Origin: an uncultured Elusimicrobia bacterium
Lineage (GTDB): Bacteria > Elusimicrobiota > Elusimicrobia > UBA1565 > UBA9628
NCBI GenBank assembly: GCA_965283875.1
Contig: CBDIQC010000001.1
Coordinates: 1,086,378-1,150,377, forward strand
DNA: 64,000 bases
Reading direction: 5' to 3'
Under the pieces are notes generated by a model. That model was given only the letters and a program-made list of their open reading frames with translations. It ran no database searches and was not told the DNA's origin. The stretch's first letter is position 1; every line of letters begins with the position of its first letter. Both the position numbers and the translations under genes were made by a program. Below, piece by piece: positions 55,960 to 64,000 of the stretch.

Positions 55960-56391
55960 ATGAAAGTCAACGCCCCAATCGCGGCAATACTATTCCTGAC
56001 GGCCGTACTAGCTTCATCGTGTGGATTCGAACGAGTGAATAACTACTACCCGGATTATGTGGCGGCCAACAAAACCTCGAATGATTATCTCCCGAAATTT
56101 ATGCCGAAGAACGCCACGCTGATTTATGAACAGCATGATTTCGACACCAATGAATCTTGGGTAGCGTTTAGGTTTATCGAGCAGGATATTGCGAGCATCG
56201 AGGCGGCGTGCACATCGACAGGGGCGCCGCCTTCGCGTCTACCCATAAATATTATTGGGTTGAAAAGACGCTGGTGGTATCGATACCCACTGGATTCAAC
56301 TGCTACACGCCAACTAATCCGTGGCTGTAGCGGTGGTGGCTCAATATACATCGACCAGCCAAATAGTGTCGCCTATTTCTGGCGTCGGTAA
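55960..56391 (+). CDS. putative immunity lipoprotein for the SAA-like tip
   Basis: starts 3 nt after orphan stop; MKVNAPIAAILFLTAVLASSCG lipoprotein signal; AT-rich. Confidence 0.5.
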   Translation: MKVNAPIAAILFLTAVLASSCGFERVNNYYPDYVAANKTSNDYLPKFMPKNATLIYEQHDFDTNESWVAFRFIEQDIASIEAACTSTGAPPSRLPINIIGLKRRWWYRYPLDSTATRQLIRGCSGGGSIYIDQPNSVAYFWRR

Positions 56392-56434
56392 TTTATTCAC
56401 AGCCTCTTGGCGGCGGGGCTATATAGGTGTTCGC

Positions 56435-59400
56435 ATGCTCCTCTTTCGCCGCCGCCTGTCCGTCGTTCTTAGCGCGCTGATAGCCTGCCCGTCATCTCTC
56501 CTGGCGCGCGTTCTCGACCCCATCGTCTTGCCCACCGCCGTGGTCACCGTCGTGCCCGCTCGAGATGACAATCCCAAGGGCCCCACGACCAGCGCCGCGC
56601 CCATCCCGGACGCCGTGTCGTCATCTTTAGGCGCGGGCGACTCGCCCGCGACTGACGGCGCAGACGGCAAAGTCGCGCTTCAGTCCACTCCCGTCTCACG
56701 CCTTCCCTGCGGCTCCCCGGCGCTCGACGCCGCCCCGCGTTTCCACAGCGGCAGCACGGTCTTAACGCCTTGGGGCCTGGGCTGGTCCTCCGACCTCGAC
56801 CACCAGCTCATCGTCGAATCATCTCACACGGTGGTCTGGCTCGACGGCAACGCTAATCGCGTCCGGCTGTTTCGCAGCGGCTCTAACCCGGCACCGCCAC
56901 ACGTCTATAACGCGCCTTCGGGGCTTTTCGTCAGGTTGACCGTCACCGGGCTGCTCTCAGGTCAGCCGGGTACCGCGTCTTTGCGCGAAAAAGACGGCAC
57001 GGTGCGCACCTTTAACCGCAGCAATATAAACTCGCCGCTATACCTCACCGGCCTCGTTGACCGCAACGGCAACACCGTCAGCTACACCCGCGTCTCGGGC
57101 CTGCTCACCAGGGTCTTAGACGTCCACGGCCGCTTCATCGACCTCACCTACGACGCCTCAGACCGCGTCGCGTCCTTAACCGACTCGGCCGGGCGCACCT
57201 TCACCCACACCTACGACGCCCAAGGCCGCCGGCTCACTGAAAACGGCCCTGACGGCTTGACCACCTACGCCTATGACGCGGGTAACCGCATCTCCCGGCT
57301 GACTTACCCCGACGGCGGCGTTAAGAACTTCACCTACGACGCCCAAGGCCGCGTGCTCACCGAAGACGACGGCGCGGGCGTTAACCGCCGCGCCTATGAA
57401 TACCTAGCCGACCGCACCCGCGTCACCGACGCCGATAACGGCGTGACTACCACCGAGTTCATCCAACGCGACGGCCTTAAAAAGCCCACCCGCGTCACCG
57501 ACCCCGAAGGCCGCGTAACGACCTACACCTATGACGCGGCCTTTAACCTCGCCACCGTCACCGACCCCTTAAGCCGAATCACGCGTTACACCTACGACGC
57601 CCGCGGCAACGTCACCGTGACCCAGGACCCCGCCGGTGGATTCACCTTAGCCAGCTACGAGCCGGTTTTCGACATGCCCACTTTGCTCACCAGCCCGCGA
57701 AGCCTCGTGACCACCTTAAGCTACGACGCCAAGGGCAACCTGACCACCGCGCTCGACCCCGCCGGTCAAAGCACCCAAAGAACCTACGACAGCTTCGGCC
57801 ACCTCGCCACCGAGCGCGACCCCCGCAGCCAAACCACCGCCTTCACCTATAAAAGCGCCAACGGCGCGCTGGCCACGGTCACCGACCCAGAAGGCCGGGT
57901 GACCACGCTTACCACCGACGCCTTAAGCCGCGTTACCCGCAGCCTCGACGCCAAGGGCAAGGCCACCGATTACCAATACGACGCCTCGGGCAACCTGACC
58001 CAGGTCACCGACGACTTGGGCGGGGTGACCAGCTATCAATACGAACCCGGCCGTCCCAGCAAGCGCCTAATTAGCGTCACCGACGCCAAGAACCACACGA
58101 CCAGCTTCCAGTACGACGGCCACGGCCGCTTAATCTCGGTAAGCAACGCCTTAAACCAGGCCCGCGGCTCGACCTACGACGCCAAGGGCATGTTAACCCA
58201 GACCACTAATGCCCGCGGCCAGGTCATCAGCTACGACTACGACGGGGCGGGTCGCTTAACGGGCAAGGCCACGCCTGATGGTGCTTACAGCTACGCCTAT
58301 GACCTAGCGGGCAACCTCACCTCGGTGAGCAACCAAAACGGCTCAGTCGCCATGACCTACGACGCGCTTAACCGCGTCACCCAGGTGACCCAAAGCGTGC
58401 CCCCCGCAGCGCCGGTAATCATCGCCTATAGCTACGACGCCGACGGCAACCGCACAAGCATGACAACGCCTTGGGGCAACTTCGCCTATGCCTACGACAA
58501 CGCTAATCGCCTGACACGCATCACTAACCCCCAAAACGGCCACTTCGACTTCGATTACGACCTGGCAAGCCGACGGACCAGGCTGACTTACCCTAACGGC
58601 GTCATCACCACCTACGCTTACGACGACGCGGGCCAGGCGACCAACATCGTTCACCGCAAAGGCGCCGGCGGCCCGATTATCGCGCGGGCCGACTACCAAT
58701 ACGACGCGGCGGGCAACCGCACGCAGTTAACCGACCTAGACGGCCTGCACGCCTTCGACTACGACGACCTGCACCGCTTAACCGAGGCATTGCACCCCAG
58801 CACGAACACCTTAGTCCAAGCCGAGACCTTCAGCTACGACGCGGTGGGCAACCGACTGGCGGATGCCGAGGTTACGGGCTACACTTACGACAGCGCCAAC
58901 CGGCTCACGCAAAGCAGCAGCTTCACCTATACCTACGACGCCGACGGCAACATGACCAGCCGCACCGACCGGGCCACGAACTTGACGACCACCTTCGACT
59001 ACGACAGCGAGAACCGGCTTACCGGCGCGCAACTGCCGGGCGGGCCCAATTGGACCTACAAGTACGACGCGTTAGGCCGACGCGTCCAGAAGTCGTCGGG
59101 GACCGCACCCAGCCAAATCACGCGCTACAGCTACGACGGCCAGGACATCATCGCGACCAAGGCGGGTGACGACGCGTTAACCGGCGTGTACACCCACGGC
59201 GGGGGCATAGACGAGCCATTGGCGCTAGTGGCGAGCCAAGTTCACTTCATGCACGCCGACGCGCTCGGCTCAGTCGTGGCGCACACGAGCCTGACCGGCG
59301 ACCTACAGGAGCGCGTCAGCTACACGGCTTACGGGCAGGCAAGATTTAGCAGTGTCAACGGCAGCACGAGCGCGGTGTCGGTGACGGGGAGCCCGTTCGC

Positions 59401-60004
59401 GTTCACGGCCCGAGAACTAGACGACGAGACGGGCCTATACTTCCACCGCAACCGCCAGACTTATGAGCCGGGGGCGGGGAGGTTCTTTCAGGCGGACCCC
59501 ATTGGGATTGCGGGTGGGGTGAACGTCTATGCGTATGTCGAGGGGCGGCCGACAAAATTGAGCGATCCTTTGGGGCTAATTCGAGATGACCCTGGCGAAA
59601 ACCTCTACTTCTCAGGCAACAATGCCAGCATCTACGCTCTGGAAGCATCGAATCTTGAACTTATTAGTGATTTCTCTGCTGGATTCGGCGACAATATTAG
59701 TCGCGGCGTTACTCGAAATATCAGAGAACGCTTTATTTCTGGCGGCGGCGTAAATCGGTGCGCGACCGCCTATAGTATTGGAAACGCTACTGGCGTTGGG
59801 TTTTATATCGCAGGCGGTGTTTTAGGTGGAGCTCGAGTAGGTGCGAGCGTTGCTGCCACTCACAGCGGGGCAATTAGTAAATGGTTAAGCCAAGGACAAT
59901 TATGGCGAGTTGGTCGTTCTGGCGGAGCCAACAACCGGGTGCTCCGGATTGGGCCCTGGAAGTCAAAATGGAATCACATCGACTTGTCAATCTTCGGGTA
60001 TTAA
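56435..60004 (+). CDS. RHS-repeat polymorphic toxin 3 (full length; Gly-zipper-rich C-terminal tip)
   Basis: same promoter/leader and signal peptide as RHS1; tip after ...PTKLSDPLGL contains GVGFYIAGGVLGGARVGASVAA glycine-zipper segment. Confidence 0.9.
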   Translation: MLLFRRRLSVVLSALIACPSSLLARVLDPIVLPTAVVTVVPARDDNPKGPTTSAAPIPDAVSSSLGAGDSPATDGADGKVALQSTPVSRLPCGSPALDAAPRFHSGSTVLTPWGLGWSSDLDHQLIVESSHTVVWLDGNANRVRLFRSGSNPAPPHVYNAPSGLFVRLTVTGLLSGQPGTASLREKDGTVRTFNRSNINSPLYLTGLVDRNGNTVSYTRVSGLLTRVLDVHGRFIDLTYDASDRVASLTDSAGRTFTHTYDAQGRRLTENGPDGLTTYAYDAGNRISRLTYPDGGVKNFTYDAQGRVLTEDDGAGVNRRAYEYLADRTRVTDADNGVTTTEFIQRDGLKKPTRVTDPEGRVTTYTYDAAFNLATVTDPLSRITRYTYDARGNVTVTQDPAGGFTLASYEPVFDMPTLLTSPRSLVTTLSYDAKGNLTTALDPAGQSTQRTYDSFGHLATERDPRSQTTAFTYKSANGALATVTDPEGRVTTLTTDALSRVTRSLDAKGKATDYQYDASGNLTQVTDDLGGVTSYQYEPGRPSKRLISVTDAKNHTTSFQYDGHGRLISVSNALNQARGSTYDAKGMLTQTTNARGQVISYDYDGAGRLTGKATPDGAYSYAYDLAGNLTSVSNQNGSVAMTYDALNRVTQVTQSVPPAAPVIIAYSYDADGNRTSMTTPWGNFAYAYDNANRLTRITNPQNGHFDFDYDLASRRTRLTYPNGVITTYAYDDAGQATNIVHRKGAGGPIIARADYQYDAAGNRTQLTDLDGLHAFDYDDLHRLTEALHPSTNTLVQAETFSYDAVGNRLADAEVTGYTYDSANRLTQSSSFTYTYDADGNMTSRTDRATNLTTTFDYDSENRLTGAQLPGGPNWTYKYDALGRRVQKSSGTAPSQITRYSYDGQDIIATKAGDDALTGVYTHGGGIDEPLALVASQVHFMHADALGSVVAHTSLTGDLQERVSYTAYGQARFSSVNGSTSAVSVTGSPFAFTARELDDETGLYFHRNRQTYEPGAGRFFQADPIGIAGGVNVYAYVEGRPTKLSDPLGLIRDDPGENLYFSGNNASIYALEASNLELISDFSAGFGDNISRGVTRNIRERFISGGGVNRCATAYSIGNATGVGFYIAGGVLGGARVGASVAATHSGAISKWLSQGQLWRVGRSGGANNRVLRIGPWKSKWNHIDLSIFGY

Positions 60005-60252
60005 TGAGTCCCCCGAAGAACTGTCCTTCTTGCGGCAACAAGCAAGTTCCCGGCACTGATGCTTGTTCCAAATGCGGGCGCCTGCAGTATCGTCAGTTAG
60101 GCGCGCCGCTGCGTATAAGCGCGGGTGTTTTTTCATGCATCATAGTCGCAGGATTATATTTCAATTCAGCATCCTTCCCATTCTGGTCAAATGTTCTGGC
60201 AGCAATTAATGCCTTCTTTTTCTGCTATCTCGCGCTTTTTGGCCGAGTCTAA
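60004..60252 (+). CDS. putative immunity protein 3: zinc-ribbon (CPSC...CSKC) plus 2-TM membrane protein
   Basis: TAATG overlap with RHS3 stop; alternative upstream ATG at 59968 inside RHS3 less likely. Confidence 0.45.
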   Translation: MSPPKNCPSCGNKQVPGTDACSKCGRLQYRQLGAPLRISAGVFSCIIVAGLYFNSASFPFWSNVLAAINAFFFCYLALFGRV

Positions 60253-60269
60253 CGCTTACGACGACATGC

Positions 60270-62480
60270 ATGCTCGACCCCGCCGGTCAAAGCACCCAAA
60301 GAACCTACGACAGCTTCGGCCATCTCGCCACCGAGCGCGACCCCCGCAGCCAAACCACCGCCTTCACCTATAAAAGCGCCAACGGCGCGCTGGCCACGGT
60401 CACCGACCCAGAAGGCCGGGTGACCACGCTTACCACCGACGCCTTAAGCCGCGTTACCCGCAGCCTCGACGCCAAGGGCAAGGCCACCGATTACCAATAC
60501 GACGCCTCGGGCAACCTGACCCAGGTCACCGACGACTTGGGCGGGGTGACCAGTTACCAATACGAGCCCGGCCGCCCCGCCAAGCGCCTAATTAGCGTCA
60601 CCGACGCCAAGAACCACACGACCAGCTTCCAGTACGACGGCCACGGCCGCTTAATCTCGGTAAGCAACGCCTTAAACCAGGCCCGCGGCTCGACCTACGA
60701 CGCCAAGGGCATGTTAACCCAGACCACTAATGCCCGCGGCCAGGTCATCAGCTACGACTACGACGGGGCGGGACGCTTAACGGGCAAGGCCACGCCTGAT
60801 GGTGCCTACAGCTACGCCTATGACCTAGCGGGTAACCTCACCTCGGTGAGCAACCAAAACGGCTCAGTCGCCATGACCTACGACACGCTTAACCGCGTCA
60901 CCCAGGTGACCCAAAGCGTGCCCCCCGCAGCGCCGGTAATCATCGCCTATAGCTACGACGCCGACGGCAACCGCATCACGATGACCACGCCTTGGGGCAA
61001 CTTCGCCTATGCCTACGACAACGCTAATCGCCTGACACGCATCACTAACCCCCAAAACGGCCACTTCGACTTCGATTACGACCTAGCAAGCCGACGGACA
61101 GAGCTGACTTACCCTAACGGCGTCATCACCACCTACGCCTATGACGACGCGGGCCAGGCGACCAGCATCGTTCACCGCAAAGGCGCCGGCGGCCCGATTA
61201 TCGCGCGGGCCGACTACCAATACGACCTGGCGGGCAACCGCACGCAGTTAACCGACCTAGACGGCCAGCACGCCTTCGACTACGACGACCTGCACCGCTT
61301 AACCGAGGCATTACACCCCAGCACGAACACCTTAGTCCAAGCCGAGACCTTCAGCTACGACGCGGTGGGCAACCGGCTGGCGGATGCGCTCATTGGGGGC
61401 TACACTTACGACAGCGCCGATAGGCTCACGCAAAGCAGCAGCTTCACCTATACCTACGACGCCGACGGCAACATGACCAGTCGCACCGACCGGGCCACGA
61501 ACTTGACGACCACCTTCGACTACGACAGCGAGAACCGGCTTACCGGCGCGCAACTGCCGGGCGGGCCCAATTGGACCTACAAGTACGACGCGTTAGGCCG
61601 ACGCGTTCAGAAATCGTCGGGCACCCTGTCGAGCCAAATCACGCGCTACAGCTACGACGGCCAGGACATCATCGCGACCAAGGCGGGTGACGACGCGTTA
61701 ACCGGCGTGTACACCCACGGCGGGGGCATAGACGAGCCATTGGCGCTAGTGGCGAGCCAAGTCCACTTCATGCACGCCGACGCGCTCGGCTCAGTCGTGG
61801 CGCACACGAGCCTGACCGGCGACCTACAGGAGCGCGTCAGCTACACGGCTTACGGGCAGGCAAGATTTAGCAGTGTCAACGGAAGCACGAGCGCGGTGTC
61901 GATGACGGGCAGCCCGTTCGCGTTCACGGCCCGAGAGCTCGACGGCGAAACGCACTTGCATTACTACCGCGGACGCCAGACTTACGACGCCACAACGGGG
62001 AGATTCGGGCAGGATGACCCGGTCCTGCATCCGGGGTATTCCAATCAGGAGTATGCACTGGGCAATCCAGTCAAATACAGGGATCCGATGGGCACGGATG
62101 TGTTGCTTATCGAACGTCATGCCTGGGGAAAATACCATCAAGAAATCTGGGTTGGCAACATCGGAGGATATACGTCATATGGATTCGTGCCGTCGGCCTT
62201 GGGCAAGTATCAGTCGGTTGCAGGATTCGAAGTGAGCGGATCCATACAACCGAATCGAGGCATGAGCTATTCGAAAATACCCTCGTATATTCCATTTGCC
62301 GGCTACACGCTACTGGGCCGTATTAATCAGGACGAATACTCAGACCTAAGACTACGTGCGTATCTCGAAAGTGGAGAGCTCGCAAAAAACTGGAGCCGCT
62401 ATAGTCTGTACTCGCGGAATTGCCAAGATTTTGCCCAGGATGTATTCAGCAAAGTTCTTCATGAGAAAAAAGCGAGATGA
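60270..62480 (+). CDS. orphan 5'-truncated RHS C-terminal module with LRAT/NlpC-like tip (paralog of RHS2 tip)
   Basis: starts mid-repeat (…LDPAGQSTQRTYD) at an internal ATG; tip YHQEIWVGN...YSLYSRNCQDFAQDVF. Confidence 0.75.
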   Translation: MLDPAGQSTQRTYDSFGHLATERDPRSQTTAFTYKSANGALATVTDPEGRVTTLTTDALSRVTRSLDAKGKATDYQYDASGNLTQVTDDLGGVTSYQYEPGRPAKRLISVTDAKNHTTSFQYDGHGRLISVSNALNQARGSTYDAKGMLTQTTNARGQVISYDYDGAGRLTGKATPDGAYSYAYDLAGNLTSVSNQNGSVAMTYDTLNRVTQVTQSVPPAAPVIIAYSYDADGNRITMTTPWGNFAYAYDNANRLTRITNPQNGHFDFDYDLASRRTELTYPNGVITTYAYDDAGQATSIVHRKGAGGPIIARADYQYDLAGNRTQLTDLDGQHAFDYDDLHRLTEALHPSTNTLVQAETFSYDAVGNRLADALIGGYTYDSADRLTQSSSFTYTYDADGNMTSRTDRATNLTTTFDYDSENRLTGAQLPGGPNWTYKYDALGRRVQKSSGTLSSQITRYSYDGQDIIATKAGDDALTGVYTHGGGIDEPLALVASQVHFMHADALGSVVAHTSLTGDLQERVSYTAYGQARFSSVNGSTSAVSMTGSPFAFTARELDGETHLHYYRGRQTYDATTGRFGQDDPVLHPGYSNQEYALGNPVKYRDPMGTDVLLIERHAWGKYHQEIWVGNIGGYTSYGFVPSALGKYQSVAGFEVSGSIQPNRGMSYSKIPSYIPFAGYTLLGRINQDEYSDLRLRAYLESGELAKNWSRYSLYSRNCQDFAQDVFSKVLHEKKAR

Positions 62481-62842
62481 ACTCTCTCAATAGGATTGTT
62501 TGGGCCATATTGTTGGCCATCATAGTGCTCCCTCTGATGTTATACGGGACATCGCTGGCGTTAGGGCTCGGCTCGTTTGCAGTATATTTAATCGCCAATT
62601 CTCAGCATGCAAACAGAGTCCTTGAGTTATATGCCATGGTGATAGTGGCTGGGTTATTTGGCATCCTGCTATGGGCACTTCCGTTTATAGGTTGGAGAGC
62701 AAAGAATCGCCAATCGCGGACCATGTATGCCATAGCGGCGGCGTGGATTGTCCAGATGCTTGTAATTGCCTGCATAGCAGGCTTTGCGAAACAAAAAACG
62801 CCGGCGTTGTTCAACGAATTGCAGATTCGATATATACGTTAA
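62477..62842 (+). CDS. putative immunity protein 4 (4-TM membrane protein)
   Basis: ATGA overlap; four hydrophobic helices; AT-rich. Confidence 0.55.
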   Translation: MNSLNRIVWAILLAIIVLPLMLYGTSLALGLGSFAVYLIANSQHANRVLELYAMVIVAGLFGILLWALPFIGWRAKNRQSRTMYAIAAAWIVQMLVIACIAGFAKQKTPALFNELQIRYIR

Positions 62843-62865
62843 CTTCCGGCCACGTCGCTACCAAT

Positions 62866-64000
62866 CGCGTTACCCGCAGCCTCGACGCCAAGGGCAAGGC
62901 CACCGATTACCAATACGACGCCTCGGGCAACCTGACCCAGGTCACCGACGACTTGGGCGGGGTGACCAGTTACCAATACGAGCCCGGCCGCCCCGCCAAG
63001 CGCCTAATTAGCGTCACCGACGCCAAGAACCACACGACCAGCTTCCAGTACGACGGCCACGGCCGCTTAATCTCGGTAAGCAACGCCTTAAACCAGGCCC
63101 GCGGCTCGACCTACGACGCCAAGGGCATGTTAACCCAGACCACTAATGCCCGCGGCCAGGTCATCAGCTACGACTACGACGGGGCGGGACGCTTAACGGG
63201 CAAGGCCACGCCTGATGGTGCCTACAGCTACGCCTATGACCTAGCGGGTAACCTCACCTCGGTGAGCAACCAAAACGGCTCAGTCGCCATGACCTACGAC
63301 GCGCTTAACCGCGTCATCCAGGTGACCCAAAGCGTGCCCCCCGCAGCGCCGGTAATCATCGCCTATAGCTACGACGCCGACGGCAACCGCATCACGATGA
63401 CAACGCCTTGGGGCAACTTCGCCTATGCCTACGACAACGCTAATCGCCTGACACGCATCACCAACCCCCAAAACGGCCACTTCGACTTCGATTACGACCT
63501 GGCAAGCCGACGGACAGAGCTGACTTACCCTAACGGCGTCATCACCACCTACGCCTATGACGACGCGGGTCAGGCCACGAGCATCGTCCACCGCAAAGGC
63601 GCCGGCGGCCCGATTATCGCGCGGGCCGACTACCAATACGACCTGGCGGGCAACCGGACCTCGATGACGGACCAAGACGGCCTGCACGCCTTCGACTACG
63701 ACGACCTGCACCGCTTAACCGAGGCATTACACCCCAGCACGAACACCTTAGTCCAAGCCGAGACCTTCAGCTACGACGCGGTGGGCAACCGGCTGGCGGA
63801 TGCCCAAATCACGGGCTACACTTACGACAACGCCGACAGGCTGACGCAAAGCAGCAGCTTCACCTATACCTACGACGCCGACGGCAACATGACCAGTCGC
63901 ACCGACCGGGCCACGAACTTGACGACCACCTTCGACTACGACAGCGAGAACCGGCTTACCGGCGCGCAACTGCCGGGCGGGCCCAATTGGACCTACAAGT
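62866..64000 (+). CDS. third orphan RHS fragment (5'-truncated, continues beyond window end)
   Basis: near-identical to RHS1 from ...RVTRSLDAKGKATDYQYD onward; no stop before position 64000 so absent from ORF track. Confidence 0.7.

Noticed and set aside
46684-64000. Possibility of a CRISPR array given the many short periodic repeats
   Set aside because: The periodicity is the protein-level YD repeat with variable spacing and imperfect DNA repeats. There are no direct repeats with unique spacers and no cas genes.
1-64000. Search for transposase/integrase/IS elements near the rhs array and the IR-flanked cassette
   Set aside because: No ORF shows DDE, tyrosine-recombinase or serine-recombinase motifs that I could recognise. 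The mobility signals are limited to repeats and GC shifts.

Overview
The window comes from a high-GC (about 68-70% by eye) bacterial chromosome. It falls into two parts.

Positions 1-23 kb hold ordinary housekeeping and accessory genes: a hotdog-fold thioesterase, cspA, rmuC, acyl-CoA dehydrogenase, a CHASE2-nucleotidyl cyclase, an M48 protease, two alpha/beta hydrolases next to bdhA, tRNA-Thr, adenosine deaminase and aminopeptidase N.

Positions 26-64 kb are a cell-envelope and conflict region with three notable parts:
- 26.4-38.2 kb: a three-gene cluster of a giant Ala-rich secreted/membrane protein with a TPM-like domain and a Gly/Ser-Trp tail, a TraB/GumN-like membrane protein, and a roughly 1690-aa protein with four tandem membrane-anchored PspA/IM30 (ESCRT-III-like) domains.
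- 38.3-45.7 kb: a roughly 2190-aa protein built of IPT/TIG repeats with a T9SS-type C-terminal sorting domain, followed by a PorV/PorP(SprF)-like outer-membrane beta-barrel gene.
- 46.6 kb to the window end: an rhs polymorphic-toxin array. It has three full-length signal-peptide RHS genes, at least three 5'-truncated orphan RHS-CT modules, and a cognate immunity gene after each toxin tip. The tips and immunity genes are clearly AT-richer than the rest of the window, which suggests foreign origin.

One orphan toxin tip shows convincing similarity to serum amyloid A. Two others look LRAT/NlpC-like (HxxxC papain fold). One is a Gly-zipper domain paired with a zinc-ribbon membrane immunity protein.

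Other observations are a pair of 55-bp palindromic elements in inverted orientation around a 2-gene cupin cassette, two frameshifted genes, and a tandem duplicated secreted-protein pair. There is no CRISPR array and no recognisable IS or transposase.
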